Assembly: GCA_963707955.1 (NCBI GenBank)
Contig: OY970176.1
Span: 352,001 to 416,000, forward strand
Direction of reading: 5' to 3'
Source: Candidatus Bathyarchaeota archaeon
GTDB taxonomy: Archaea; Thermoproteota; Bathyarchaeia; Bathyarchaeales; Bathycorpusculaceae
DNA: 64,000 nt
Shown here: positions 9,342-20,264 of the stretch, piece after piece
Numbering within the stretch: position 1 is the stretch's first letter
How the letters are laid out: each line of letters starts with the position of its first letter
Program-made: the position numbers and the translations under genes
The notes under the pieces: generated by a model
What the model was told of the DNA's origin: nothing
The model's input: only the letters and a program-made list of their open reading frames with translations
Database searches by the model: none

Positions 9342-9920
9342 GCAAGCCCCCCTTTTTCCACTGTTTGTCTGGCCGGTTCTTCCCAGTCAGTTGCGCATCC
9401 GCCTTCTGGAACAAAAATTATCGTTGCTTCATGCGAAAATAGGCATTCGCGGGTTTTCTCTTATGCTGATGAACATCTCTGACTTCGTGTATGCTTGAAC
9501 TGCAACTTGGTTGTAGAATCTGCCCGCGATGGGATGATGGACCATTTCCATGAGCGGCTTGAATCCTTTCACTGGAAACTCGCCGCACTTCACTCTTATC
9601 ATTTAGTCAACGGCATTGATGACATCAAGAATAGAAGCGCCATCACCGAAAGAAAGTCGCAGACCGCTAGGAAAAACCCTGCTTACATTGCTTTGTCTGA
9701 TAATCAAAGTGACGGCCTTCAAGAGACAACCCGCAGCATGACCTCGCATCAGGCAAATTTGGGTTGGTAGAACTAAATAATCCATCTTCGAAAAGTCTCA
9801 CATGAAAACGTAGGGTGACGATCGACCCGCTAGGCAAAGGGACAGGCGTTTCTACAAGCTCTGAGCAAAGCGGACGAAACCAGAAGACCGCGCGAATGCA
9901 TAGTGCACCAAAAAGTTACG

Positions 9921-10077
9921 ACCCTTGCCCAGACTCTCGGCCCAGCCCTCGATACGCACTTGGCCTCAAGCCCACACAAATCCAGTAGGGCCTTCATCAG
10001 CGCCCACGTGCAGTGCTAGTACCCTAGGGGGGAGGGTGGAATAGACGAGGCCAAAACGCGAATACAGGGATGTAGCG
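9921..10077 (-). repeat. Dispersed ~160-bp repeat, copy A
   Basis: Reverse complement of 26382-26543, with an identical 25-nt block CGCTACATCCCTGTATTCGCGTTTT and further conserved blocks. Confidence 0.85.
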
Positions 10078-10263
10078 GTCCCTGAGAATAGAAAAGAAGC
10101 AGTTGAAGGATGAAATGAAAATGCAAACACATGCCGAGTCCAGCCAGGGCACGTGCCAGATGGACACGCTGACAAACGTATACCTTCAACACACGGACTG
10201 GAAATTTCGACCTGACAACCCTGTGACCCAAACCTAGCCCGCGAGTGTGAGGAAACAAGCGGA

Positions 10264-11553
10264 CTATTTAACGATCTCGCCTGCGAGATAGGTTGGAAAT
10301 GCGCCTGTAACTCTTACATTCAACGTCTTGCCGAGCAAATTGTCAGCGCTCTTAACCGTGACAGGCTTGTACGCAAGATTGCGTCCAACCCAAGAACCTG
10401 AGGCCTTGCCAATTTCGTCGACGAGGATGTCACCTTTCCAGCCAACCCACTGCATGTTCTTCTCATGTGCTACCCGTCTCGCAAGAGCTGCTGCAATCCC
10501 GCTTCTGCGTTTGATGTCGAATGGAAATACGAAGTCTCTCTGCATCTCGACCGCAGCTGTTCTCGGTCTGGCAAAAAACTTCGACACATTAACTATATCG
10601 GGCTTCGCCTCTTCAATCAAACGCAAAGTGCGCTCAAAATCCTCTTCACCCTCACCTGGAAAACCGCAAATAACGTCTGTAGCAACAGTCAACTCTGGAA
10701 ACCGAGCCCTAAACGTGTCCACGACCCCTCTGAAATCATTAACAGAGTAAAATCGCTGCATCCGTCTCAAGATTCGATCGTCGCCACTCTGGACGGGCAG
10801 GTGAACGAACTTGAAAATCTTCCTTTCACGAAACACGTCGACCAGTTCGTCCAGGATATCCATAACCATGTTTGGAGTCATCATGCCAACTCGAACCCTG
10901 AAATCTCCATCAACCCTGCACAGGGAGTGCAGAAGCTCAACCAGACTTGTGCCAACGTCTCTTCCATAGCACGCAGTGTCCTGTGACGTCAGCCAAAACT
11001 CGCGAAAGCCCCGACCCACGTCTTCCACAACTCTTTCAACTATCTCCTGAACGGCGTAGCTTCGCAAGCGACCTCTTGCAAAAACTACGCAACAGTACGC
11101 ACATGAACCGAGACAACCATAGCCAATGGGGACGACGCTTACAACCGAGCTTTGCTGCAGCCGGGGCAGTGCAAGCGTGGGCATGCTTGATGAACGCCCA
11201 TCAAGAGTCATCACTTTCTCACCGCTCAGGACACCGCTCACAAGTTTAACGATCGTTTCACCAGCCGCTGGACCAGCAACTCCGTCAAACTTTACTTCTG
11301 CCAGTAGCCTCTCAAGATTGATCAACGGCAAGCATCCGGCAACGATCAACTTCTTGCCTTCAGAAACCCGTCTGCAAATCTCGATCATGCGATCTTCAGT
11401 TGGGCCCTTCACAGCACACGTGTTGTAAACAACCAAGTCGGCACTCGAAACCGAACCTACCAGCTCGTGCCCAGCCTCAGTTAGGCACCCAGCTAGAACC
11501 GCTCCGTCCGCCTGGTTTGTGGAGCAACCAAAACTTCGAACGAGAACTCGCAT
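10264..11553 (-). CDS. tRNA methylthiotransferase (MiaB/MtaB family)
   Basis: SFGCSTN, YNTCAVKGPTE, AGCLP, GCLGSCAYC, PVQSG, C-terminal TRAM domain. Confidence 0.9.
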   Translation of the reverse strand: MRVLVRSFGCSTNQADGAVLAGCLTEAGHELVGSVSSADLVVYNTCAVKGPTEDRMIEICRRVSEGKKLIVAGCLPLINLERLLAEVKFDGVAGPAAGETIVKLVSGVLSGEKVMTLDGRSSSMPTLALPRLQQSSVVSVVPIGYGCLGSCAYCCVVFARGRLRSYAVQEIVERVVEDVGRGFREFWLTSQDTACYGRDVGTSLVELLHSLCRVDGDFRVRVGMMTPNMVMDILDELVDVFRERKIFKFVHLPVQSGDDRILRRMQRFYSVNDFRGVVDTFRARFPELTVATDVICGFPGEGEEDFERTLRLIEEAKPDIVNVSKFFARPRTAAVEMQRDFVFPFDIKRRSGIAAALARRVAHEKNMQWVGWKGDILVDEIGKASGSWVGRNLAYKPVTVKSADNLLGKTLNVRVTGAFPTYLAGEIVK

Positions 11554-11759
11554 ACCATTCCATCGACACACCTTGAATGCTTCAACAAGGAATAAAAACA
11601 TAGGGGTTCAGGCACTAGAGAATTTACAGAAATCTGCGAGAGAAGTTAGGCAAGCTTTAAAAACCCAATGGCTGACATGTTAAAGGCATATTTACAGCAT
11701 GTTATAACGAAGTATAAGCGCACGCAGAGTTTTATAGCCCACACAGAGGGAGAGGTGCA

Positions 11760-11915
11760 TTGAAGTTAATAACACTCTACGTGCCCGAAACTTATCTGAA
11801 AGCCTTAGATCAACTAGTGGTCGAGAGGTTCTATCCAAACAGAGCTGAGGCTATCAGAGTTGCGATCCGTGACTTGATAAACGACGAACTTTGGAGGAGG
11901 GACCGAGTTGACTAA
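11760..11915 (+). CDS. Ribbon-helix-helix regulator, CdrS-like (51 aa; missing from ORF track)
   Basis: TTG start after GAGGTG; MKLITLYVPETYLKALDQLVVERFYPNRAEAIRVAIRDLIN; overlaps the ftsZ start as in archaeal cdrS-ftsZ2 operons. Confidence 0.85.
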   Translation: MKLITLYVPETYLKALDQLVVERFYPNRAEAIRVAIRDLINDELWRRDRVD

Positions 11916-13029
11916 AACGCGTCGTACCGAAAGCGCTCTCAACTACACTTGGCGCTACACGACGGATCAAGGAACTCAGCAACCCGATTACTGCCGTATT
12001 GCGGTGATAGGAGTTGGGAGAGCAGGCAACGACACAGTGACAAAACTGATGAACACGGGTGCGACCTTTGCCCACTGCATTGCCATGAACACTGACGCGG
12101 CGCATCTGAAAGCATCAAAGGCCAGCCAAAAGATTTTGATTGGAGAAAAACTCACTAAGGGCCGAGGGGTGGAGGGCGATCCTGTGCTAGGCAGGGCAGC
12201 GATCGAGGAGTCTAAAAAAAGTGCTGAAGACATGCTTTCAGACATTGACATTGCCTTCATAACCGCGGGGCTGGGCGGTGGAACGGGGGCAGGTGCCGCA
12301 CCAGTTGTTGCAGGGATTGCAAAGCGAAAAGGAGCGGTAACCATAGGTATTGTGACAATGCCGTTTAAAAAAGAAAAAGGCCGCGACAAGTATGCAGCCG
12401 AGGCTTTGGCGGAAATGCGGAGACAGTGCGACACGTTAGTGGTGATCGACAACGACAAGCTTATGCAACTTGTTCCTAACCTTCCAATAGGCGACGCCCT
12501 TAGAGTAGCGGATCAAGTCTTGGCAAACATGATAAAAGAGATCGTTGAAACGATCTCGACGCCAAGCCTTATCAACCTCGACTTTTCAAACTTCAAGACT
12601 ATTGTCACCCACGGCGGGATGGCTGTCGTCGGAGTCGGCGAATCGGATGCGCCGAACAGAGCAGAAGAGGCTGTGCGAAACGCTTTGAGAAACCCTTCGT
12701 TGGACGTTGATTATGCTGGGGCTACTGGGGCCCTGATACACGTCATTGGTGACAACCGTATGACCATTGAAGAGGCAAACCACGTCGGCGAAATAGTCAC
12801 AGAAATGATGGACAGAAATGCCCTCGTCATCTGGGGTGCAAGCGTGGACCCACAGCAAGAAGGCAGGCTGAAAGTCACCTTGGTAATGACAGGTGTGAAC
12901 TCCGCTAACAGCCTAAGAAGCGTTGGAGCAATAGCCCCACAGCTTTTCAATTTGGAACGAAACGCAGAACCTGAAAGGCCAATAGACATAAAACTAGATC
13001 TGTACCAAATGGAATCCGATTCAAAGTAA
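11908..13029 (+). CDS. ftsZ: Cell division protein FtsZ (divergent, FtsZ2-like context)
   Basis: AMNTD, AGLGGGTGAG, VIDND, INLDF, VIWGA, VMTGV. Confidence 0.9.
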   Translation: MTKTRRTESALNYTWRYTTDQGTQQPDYCRIAVIGVGRAGNDTVTKLMNTGATFAHCIAMNTDAAHLKASKASQKILIGEKLTKGRGVEGDPVLGRAAIEESKKSAEDMLSDIDIAFITAGLGGGTGAGAAPVVAGIAKRKGAVTIGIVTMPFKKEKGRDKYAAEALAEMRRQCDTLVVIDNDKLMQLVPNLPIGDALRVADQVLANMIKEIVETISTPSLINLDFSNFKTIVTHGGMAVVGVGESDAPNRAEEAVRNALRNPSLDVDYAGATGALIHVIGDNRMTIEEANHVGEIVTEMMDRNALVIWGASVDPQQEGRLKVTLVMTGVNSANSLRSVGAIAPQLFNLERNAEPERPIDIKLDLYQMESDSK

Positions 13030-13191
13030 CAAAACAGTTCGTCGAAATAGCTCTTTAAGTGCCCTCCCTAAGCATGGCCCAACATCTTTTTTGCGGACAC
13101 AAGTGCGAATATCTGTGTTTGCCATATTGCCTAGTTTGAAATAACGCTCTAATGCCTTCTCGACTCTCGCTCTTGTAATAGAGGAAAAAGT

Positions 13192-13380
13192 ATGGTTGAC
13201 TGTCCAAAGTGCGGAGAGCCTATGGCGAAGGGAAAAAAAGGCAAGTACTTCTGTGAAAGCGCAAATTGTCCGGTCATATTTGTACGATGCCCTTCTTTCC
13301 CCAGCAGAACGAAGCTTGTCTCCTCATCATTAGCAACAACCATTCAGTCCGAAGCGTTCTCACCCCCACCGACTATTTAG
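13192..13380 (+). CDS. Small zinc-ribbon protein
   Basis: CPKCG...YFCESANCPV; purine-rich RBS-like stretch upstream. Confidence 0.55.
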   Translation: MVDCPKCGEPMAKGKKGKYFCESANCPVIFVRCPSFPSRTKLVSSSLATTIQSEAFSPPPTI

Positions 13381-13619
13381 GTCTGCAACGACTGAAGAGA
13401 ATCCAAACATGGACATGAGCAAATACAGTATTCCTTATCCATGGTTCTCGTTTGAAGAATATGATATTTGGCTTTAGGATAAAGAGCTTGCGAAATGCCT
13501 TTCTCAGCTTGTCCAACCGCAACACACAGGTTTGACGAGAAGTACTTTTGCAAAGCACATTGATAACAATAGTAAACGACTCTCTTTTCGCTTTTCTCCG
13601 CTGCGCGCGTTGAGCAGGA

Positions 13620-13928
13620 GCATGTGTGTTCCCAAATTTCCTTTTTAAAGCGTGAAAGAGTTAGGCTAGGCAAGCAAGCCGGTAAATGTTGAATCATATT
13701 TGGATCATATGGTGGACCCGGGGGAGGAAGAGTGAGAGCACAAGCAAACGGAAAACCCTAAAGGTTTAATGGCTTGCGGGCGGTTTCTCCAAACGCCCTT
13801 TTCAACCACGCTAGCACGCTACGCCCTCCAAGCGATGCTTGTTCGATCCGAGACAAATTACCGTCCAGATACTTGGCAAAGCCAGAAAAACAAAGCCCCA
13901 CAGACGAATTTGGGAACGCGCCTGCGCG
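13620..13928. mobile_element. MITE-like element related to the IS at 37078
   Basis: Ends GCATGTGTGTTCCCAAATT and (rc) GCAGGCGCGTTCCCAAATT resemble the IS end GCATG(C/T)GTGTTCC(T/G)AAATT; no transposase inside. Confidence 0.55.
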
Positions 13929-14236
13929 ATTGCTTAGGTGATGATCCAGTTGTCTGGATTCTGGTACAGCACTTTGGCATCGCCTTGCCACAGTAGGTCG
14001 GCAAGCACGAGAAATTCTTTGCTTGGAAGCCTCTTGCTCATGTCAATCATCCTTCTGAGTATCGTAAATTCTAATATAAACCGTGTTGCAGACATCAAAA
14101 CATATCCAATACTGACACATTCCACAGGCAAACTCGGCTTTCAAGACCTCAAAAAATATGTGAGAACTCGGCACTTTTGAAAAACGGTGCGAATGCCTAG
14201 CGTGATTACCATTGGCGTTCTGCTTCTCTGTTTTGT

Positions 14237-14896
14237 CTATGTTTCTCCTGCGGGCCCGAATCTCCTGCGTAAGACAGTGATCTCCCTTTTCAATCTCACA
14301 GCTAGAGGTATTGCCTTGCCGAAGGGTTGGCACTGTTTCCTTTTTATTGCGTTGACTATGTCATCGATGTCAGGCTCAGCATCTATCAGCGTGTAGGCGC
14401 AACCTATTTCAGGACCGTAATGGGCGTCGCTGCCGGCTACGCGTGCTATTTTAAGCCGAGAGGCAATCTGTTCACCACGCTTTACTGAGTGCCTGAAAGG
14501 AATCGCGGATGAGTTTATCACTTCGACGGCGTCAAACATTGAAGTCGTATGATTGCCCAAACTTCCTTTGAACATGGCTCCTGGATGACACGCAATTGTG
14601 ATTCCCCCCGCATTATGAATTCTGTCCACAGTTTCCTCGGCTGTCAGTCCCCTCGCCACTGGATCTTGAATGTTAAGTGCGAGGATGTGGCCGTCCGAGC
14701 TCGTGATCTCCATCCCTGGCAGAATGAGGAAATCTTTTTCCTTGGACATTCTTAGTGCGCTGTCAAGTCGGTCATGGTCAGTAACAGCAACGCCATCCAC
14801 ACCTCTTTTTTTGGCGTAGTACGCAACCTCCTTCGGTGTGATGAGGGAGTCGACCGAATAAATGGTGTGTACGTGTAGGTCGATCTTTAATCGCAA
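14237..14896 (-). CDS. PHP-domain phosphoesterase
   Basis: DLHVHT..S.D, VTDHD, GME, CHP, GSDAH. Confidence 0.88.
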   Translation of the reverse strand: MRLKIDLHVHTIYSVDSLITPKEVAYYAKKRGVDGVAVTDHDRLDSALRMSKEKDFLILPGMEITSSDGHILALNIQDPVARGLTAEETVDRIHNAGGITIACHPGAMFKGSLGNHTTSMFDAVEVINSSAIPFRHSVKRGEQIASRLKIARVAGSDAHYGPEIGCAYTLIDAEPDIDDIVNAIKRKQCQPFGKAIPLAVRLKREITVLRRRFGPAGET

Positions 14897-14919
14897 ATTC
14901 TCAAAGCCCCAGCGTGATT

Positions 14920-16617
14920 TCAGACCGCATTTGCCAATTTCTCCCTCACTTTTTGGAGCTTCTCTTCCAACTCTTTAGGGTTATCGTCTATTTTTCTGAA
15001 CAACGGTCTTGCCTTTGCAATCCTGTGGTCCGGTAGAAATGGCTTCAATGCTTCGTCCCATTTCTGTTGATGAACGCTTTCGGGCAAGTTGAGTGTCTTC
15101 CATATTTCTTCAGCCGCAACTGGAACGAATGGAGCTGAGGCAATTGCCAACGCCTTGACGACTTGAGCTGACACATATAAGACGTTCGCAGCTTTTTTTC
15201 TATCCTTTTTGATGAGGTTCCACGGTTCTTTTTCGTTCAGGTACTGATTTCCTATTCTGCTGATGCTTATCATCGTGTTTGCTGCGGACTGCAATCTGCA
15301 GGCTTCAATTTCTTTGGCGATTGTTTCTGTCTTTTCTTTAAGGGTATTCAGGATTTGTGCGGCATCTTCGTCTGGTACTTCAGCCTTGGGGATCACGCCA
15401 TCGAACTGAGAGCTGATGAACGTTAAGGTTCTGTGTATGAAGTTGCCGAAAGTGTCGTTTAGGTCGGCGTTAACCTTCTCAGTGAACAGGCCCCATGAAA
15501 AGTTTGAATCTTTCGTTTCTGGCCTCGTCGCCATTAGGAAGTAGCGCCAGTAATCTGCGGGAAAGAGCTCTAACGCTTCGTCAATCCAGATGCCCACCCT
15601 TTGGCTCTTGGAAGCTTTTTCGCCTTTGAACTGTAAGAATTCTGTCGCTGAAACGTTCCAAGGCAGGTTGTAGCCTTCGCCTGAGGCCAGCAACAGGGCT
15701 GGGAGGATTATCGTGTGAAAAGGAATGTTGTCTTTTCCTATGAAATAGTATGTTTTGGCCTCTTTGTTAAACCAGTACTCTTTCCATCTCTCCGGTTGTT
15801 CACGGTTCTTGAAGTATTCGATCGTGGCTGACACGTAGCCTAGGACGGCTTCTACCCACACGTAGATTTTCTTATTCTCTGCACCTGGGAAAGGGGCTTG
15901 AATTCCCCAAGTGAGGTCCCTCGTCACTGCTCTGGGCTTCAACCCTTCTCTTATCAGGCTTATGCTGAAGTTTTTGGTGTTGCTGGCTAATTGTTCATTA
16001 TTGCTGAGGTAGTCGCTGATCTGTTCGGAAAGCTTGGGCAGGTCAAAGTACCAGTGTTTAGTCGTCCTCAAGACTGGTGTGCTATTGCAGATGGCGCAGT
16101 AGGGCTCTATGAGCAGCGTTGTTTCTAGTAGTCTTCCACAGTTTTCGCACTGGTCTCCACGGGCGTGTTCATAACGACAGTATGGACATTTTCCTTCAAC
16201 GTACCTGTCGGGGAGAAAGCGACCACATTTCTCACAATAGAGCATTTCAGTTTCTTGCGTGAAAATATACCCGTTGTCATAGATTTTGGTCAGAAAGTCC
16301 TTAACGAATTCCTCGTGCACAGGGTTTTCCGTTCTCGTGTAGTTGTCAAAGGATATTCCCCAGACCTTGAATAGCTCAACAATCTTCGCGTGGTTTCTGT
16401 CCGTCAGTTCTTTCGGAGAGATGCCTAGCCGTATGGATTCGACCTCCACCGGGGTGCCGTGTTCGTCTGAGCCGCTGACCATGACAACATCTTCACCTTT
16501 CAACCGGCAGTATCTAGCGAACACGTCTGCGGACAGGATTGAACCTACCAGGTTGCCTAGGTGCGGAGTGCTGTGCAGGTAAGGCCAAGCGGACGTGACC
16601 AGCGTTTTGAGTCTCAA
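14920..16617 (-). CDS. metG: Methionine--tRNA ligase
   Basis: TSAWPY, HLGN, GSDEHG, zinc-knuckle Cys pairs, IGKDNIPFH, KASKS. Confidence 0.95.
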   Translation of the reverse strand: MRLKTLVTSAWPYLHSTPHLGNLVGSILSADVFARYCRLKGEDVVMVSGSDEHGTPVEVESIRLGISPKELTDRNHAKIVELFKVWGISFDNYTRTENPVHEEFVKDFLTKIYDNGYIFTQETEMLYCEKCGRFLPDRYVEGKCPYCRYEHARGDQCENCGRLLETTLLIEPYCAICNSTPVLRTTKHWYFDLPKLSEQISDYLSNNEQLASNTKNFSISLIREGLKPRAVTRDLTWGIQAPFPGAENKKIYVWVEAVLGYVSATIEYFKNREQPERWKEYWFNKEAKTYYFIGKDNIPFHTIILPALLLASGEGYNLPWNVSATEFLQFKGEKASKSQRVGIWIDEALELFPADYWRYFLMATRPETKDSNFSWGLFTEKVNADLNDTFGNFIHRTLTFISSQFDGVIPKAEVPDEDAAQILNTLKEKTETIAKEIEACRLQSAANTMISISRIGNQYLNEKEPWNLIKKDRKKAANVLYVSAQVVKALAIASAPFVPVAAEEIWKTLNLPESVHQQKWDEALKPFLPDHRIAKARPLFRKIDDNPKELEEKLQKVREKLANAV

Positions 16618-16757
16618 TGTGGCTCCAACATCCGTCGATGCGATTACTACACATTAGAAGTTCAATTACTTAGACTATTCGTTTCTCTTGCAACTGGAGC
16701 TTCCCGCTTTTAGTGATCCTAGAAAGGCGGTGCCCGCTTATACAGGAAACTCGTGAG

Positions 16758-17795
16758 TTAGCAAACGTCTACAGTGGGACTTATTTTAGTTAGATCGTTC
16801 AACACTGCGTAAGCCGTCTGCCTGAGACCCGAAAACTGTGCTGAGACAAAGACTTGCTGCGATGTCTTGAACGAAAGTTTCAACCCCATATGTCCTCCGT
16901 TGACTGTGGCCAAAGGGTCGTCCAGCGGTATGAGCCGTGGTTCGACATGCATTTCAAGCTTGGTTCCTCTCTTTGAGATTTCGCACACCAATTTCACTCT
17001 TCTGTTCAGTTCTTTGGCTTTCTCAACCATCGGCCCCACGTTTCTTATTCCTTCTACCTTCACGTTCTCCAGTTTTGCGTCGTTCTTGAAGAGCGAATTG
17101 GCCAGCATCACTACTTTTCTGGCCGCATCTATTCCGTCTACATCGTCAGAGTAGTTTGTCTCGGCCCACCCTGCTTCTATTGCATACTTCAAGGCTTCTT
17201 GGAAATCTCTGCCCCTCTCCATTTCGCCTATTATGAAGTTCGTTGTAGCGTTGAGTATCCCTTGAAGACTCAGAAGCTCATCAGCCCTGAAACATGAATC
17301 AATCAGGCAGAAGATGGGAACATGAGCTGCAACCGTTGCCTCGTAGAGGAGCTTGACATGATTGCTTCTGGCCAGCTTCGTGAGGTTGCTGTATGCGACG
17401 ACAAGAGGACCCTTGTTGGCCGTGACAACGTTCTTTTTCATCATCAAGGCGGTCCTAATGTGGGATAGGCCTGGCTCACCTGACGGTGTAGACGGCGTCA
17501 GTTCCACGACTACGTCGCTTTCGATGTCGCTAATGGCCTCTGATGCTGTGTATCCATTAACATATTGACTGGCGCCTTTCCATCGATTATCCTTATGCTT
17601 CAACACTTTTCCTAAATCTAGACCTTTCTCATCCACTGCCGTCCCTTTCGAATCGGAAATTGAAACCAGTGTGAGATCGACTCCCAGAGCTTTCAGAGTG
17701 CCTTGTTTCTCTCTTACTAGAGAGAGAAGACTCTTGCCAACATTTCCCAAGCCTACGAGTTGTATCTTCATATAGGAAGTCTTGTCGTCGCCCAT
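16758..17795 (-). CDS. hom: Homoserine dehydrogenase
   Basis: GLGNVG, VVTANKGP, YEATV, GILNATTN, DVDGIDAARK. Confidence 0.9.
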   Translation of the reverse strand: MGDDKTSYMKIQLVGLGNVGKSLLSLVREKQGTLKALGVDLTLVSISDSKGTAVDEKGLDLGKVLKHKDNRWKGASQYVNGYTASEAISDIESDVVVELTPSTPSGEPGLSHIRTALMMKKNVVTANKGPLVVAYSNLTKLARSNHVKLLYEATVAAHVPIFCLIDSCFRADELLSLQGILNATTNFIIGEMERGRDFQEALKYAIEAGWAETNYSDDVDGIDAARKVVMLANSLFKNDAKLENVKVEGIRNVGPMVEKAKELNRRVKLVCEISKRGTKLEMHVEPRLIPLDDPLATVNGGHMGLKLSFKTSQQVFVSAQFSGLRQTAYAVLNDLTKISPTVDVC

Positions 17796-18275
17796 ATTTT
17801 AGACTTCGTTCATTCTTTTTGTTGATTGCGGAATTAGGCTCAAAAGATCAAACAAGTGCAAATCTTGCTTGAGGAAATTTGAAATAGTTACAGATTGCGA
17901 GTCAAGGATAGTGAGAGTTTTGATTCAGCTCTTGCGCACAATAAACGACAACAAGAATGATGCAAATAGACAGATCATTCCCGCAAGGAACATCGTCGCA
18001 GCGGTTCTCCATGGTTCCTCGGGAGTTGGACAGACGCCATGGGAGAAGGAGGAGAACGCTGAGAATAGGAACGTCGTTGAACCCAAAACCATGAATCTTC
18101 GGTTGAAGCAGCCTCCTCGCCGTGAAGACCAGTAACCTACAGAAGCCTCAGGCTGAGTGGACCTGATGTTCTAGAATAGGAAGTCTTTGATCAGTCTTAC
18201 AAAATTCTCTTCAAATTCCCCTTGACAAGCACAAAAGATTTCTATAGTGTTCGCAGTTTAAGGAACTGAGGAACA

Positions 18276-18638
18276 ATGTTGGATAGTGTTAATGAGTTCA
18301 AAAAATATCGCGAACGAATGAATTCACGAATCCTCTCTGGCGGAAACCTTGGAATCAAACGGTTCTTTGCGTTAGACAACCAAGCTTACGAAAAAGGTGT
18401 GTTGGATGTTAAGACTAAGGAGCTACTGGGACTAGTTGCATCCATGGTATTACGCTGCGACGACTGCATTTCTTATCATGTCATCCGCTGTGTTCAGGAA
18501 GGCGTCAGCGACGAGCAGTTCTTCGAGGCCCTGAACATCGCATTGATCGTCGGTGGCTCAATCACCATTCCCCACATTCGACGGGCGGTGGAAACAATGG
18601 ATCAATGCAGAGAGAAGCAAAAAAACAAGGGACATTAG
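18276..18638 (+). CDS. Carboxymuconolactone decarboxylase / AhpD-family protein
   Basis: KTKELLGLVAS.VLRCDDCISYH. Confidence 0.85.
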   Translation: MLDSVNEFKKYRERMNSRILSGGNLGIKRFFALDNQAYEKGVLDVKTKELLGLVASMVLRCDDCISYHVIRCVQEGVSDEQFFEALNIALIVGGSITIPHIRRAVETMDQCREKQKNKGH

Positions 18639-18963
18639 ACGCCTTTCTTGGAAAAGAACACTGCTGCCAAAAAGAAAAAGGAAGAAGACTATGCTGTGTG
18701 CCCAAAGTTGGCAAGTATTACTATGTCAAAACCTTCGACCGTGCCGTCGCCGTTCAGATCGGCTTCGGGATTCCAGTTTGGATCTCCGGGGTGAGCACCG
18801 AAGGCTTTAGCAGCCAATATTGCATCGCGCGCGCTGAGACTATTATAAGCGTTCTAGAATAGTCCTCTATCGAAAATCCACAGCTCCTATGGTCGAGTTA
18901 AGGGTCGGCAAACAAACCTGGATGTTGACCCGAGCAGCCAATTTCCCTTTTCAAACCGATACA

Positions 18964-20226
18964 TCATTGCCGAGCATCGGAGGCAGCAGTTTTGGTCAAT
19001 CCGCGCAACATCTCCGTCAATCTACCCGCCGAAACCTCTGACCGTACTCCCCTTGAACTGAAATGAGTCGACGAGGCTTGAAAACCTTCTTTTCGCAACG
19101 CTTCGATGACAACCTTGACAGGTGGAACTGGCAGGTTTAGGACATCACACATCTTGTCAATCACAAAGTACGTGAACGGAGCGCTAGACTCACTCTTGAT
19201 CAAGCTCAACGTTTTCGCTATTTTTACCCCAAATCTTAGCCTCCTTTTTCGACTTTCCTGTTCCATCATATCGCAGAAACCAGTGTCAAACAACTTCCCG
19301 AGCCACAGAGGGCCAGCAGCCCTCAGCCTTGAGCCGCACTCTCTGCACTCTCTCGAATGATCAACTTCGAACAGGCCCTTTTTGGTTTCCCTGTGGAAGC
19401 ATTTGAAGCAGTGTAGGACAAAACCCATGTTTCCCATGCTTTCATCAGCGCTTTTTGCTCCATACTTCACGGTTGCGTAAACCCTAGCGTAATGTTCTCC
19501 CCGATGCGTGAAGACCACGTTCACGCCTAGATCGTGCTTAGCAGCTACGGTGGTCAGACATCCAGCTATCAGTCTCGCAGCTAGTTCATGGCAGTATTCG
19601 GTTCGCAGAGGGTTTCCACCGTATTTTCTCATACATGCTCTTGGGTGAATCCCACACAGAGATGCCATGTCAGTAGCTGTAAGAGCAAGAAGACCCCCAT
19701 CACGCAGGGCGCGAACCGCGGAATCGAGGAATGGCACTGGGGAGCCGAAGGGGTCGATATCTATGAAGTCAAACCGCATGTGCGGAGCGCTGTAACTGCT
19801 CAGGACAAAGTTTGCTTCTTTCTTTGTCACGGTAATGCAATTAGCAAGACCGTTCATCTGCACGTTGTAACTTGCAAGGCGGAAAGCCTGCTCATTGATG
19901 TCGTTCAACACAGTTTTTCCCACTCCTTCGACTTCCACGGCAAATCGTATGCCTCTCAAGCCGCAGCCAGTCAAGGGTTCGCACACAGAGATCTTGCGCT
20001 CAATTTTTCTCTGATACGCTTGTAGTGCCAGAACAGCTAAGTCGCGATTAAATTCCATGACGGGGTTGTAGAACACAGGGGCCTTGGAAGGCGCATAATC
20101 AGAAGGCAGCTTCACGAACGCCTTAAGTTCGGGAACCAAAACCTTGACTCTGCCCTCTTCGATGATCTGTGTAGGAAAATTCGGTTTGAAACTCTCAAGA
20201 ATCACGTTGCGGTTGTTCCTCAACAT
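18964..20226 (-). CDS. trm1: tRNA (guanine-26 N2)-dimethyltransferase
   Basis: VFYNPVMEFNRD, DIDPFGSP, ALTATD, CFKC..CRECG, GPLWLG. Confidence 0.93.
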   Translation of the reverse strand: MLRNNRNVILESFKPNFPTQIIEEGRVKVLVPELKAFVKLPSDYAPSKAPVFYNPVMEFNRDLAVLALQAYQRKIERKISVCEPLTGCGLRGIRFAVEVEGVGKTVLNDINEQAFRLASYNVQMNGLANCITVTKKEANFVLSSYSAPHMRFDFIDIDPFGSPVPFLDSAVRALRDGGLLALTATDMASLCGIHPRACMRKYGGNPLRTEYCHELAARLIAGCLTTVAAKHDLGVNVVFTHRGEHYARVYATVKYGAKSADESMGNMGFVLHCFKCFHRETKKGLFEVDHSRECRECGSRLRAAGPLWLGKLFDTGFCDMMEQESRKRRLRFGVKIAKTLSLIKSESSAPFTYFVIDKMCDVLNLPVPPVKVVIEALRKEGFQASSTHFSSRGVRSEVSAGRLTEMLRGLTKTAASDARQ

Positions 20227-20264
20227 GGTTACGGAAAACTCTTTAAGACAATATTAGACTTCTG

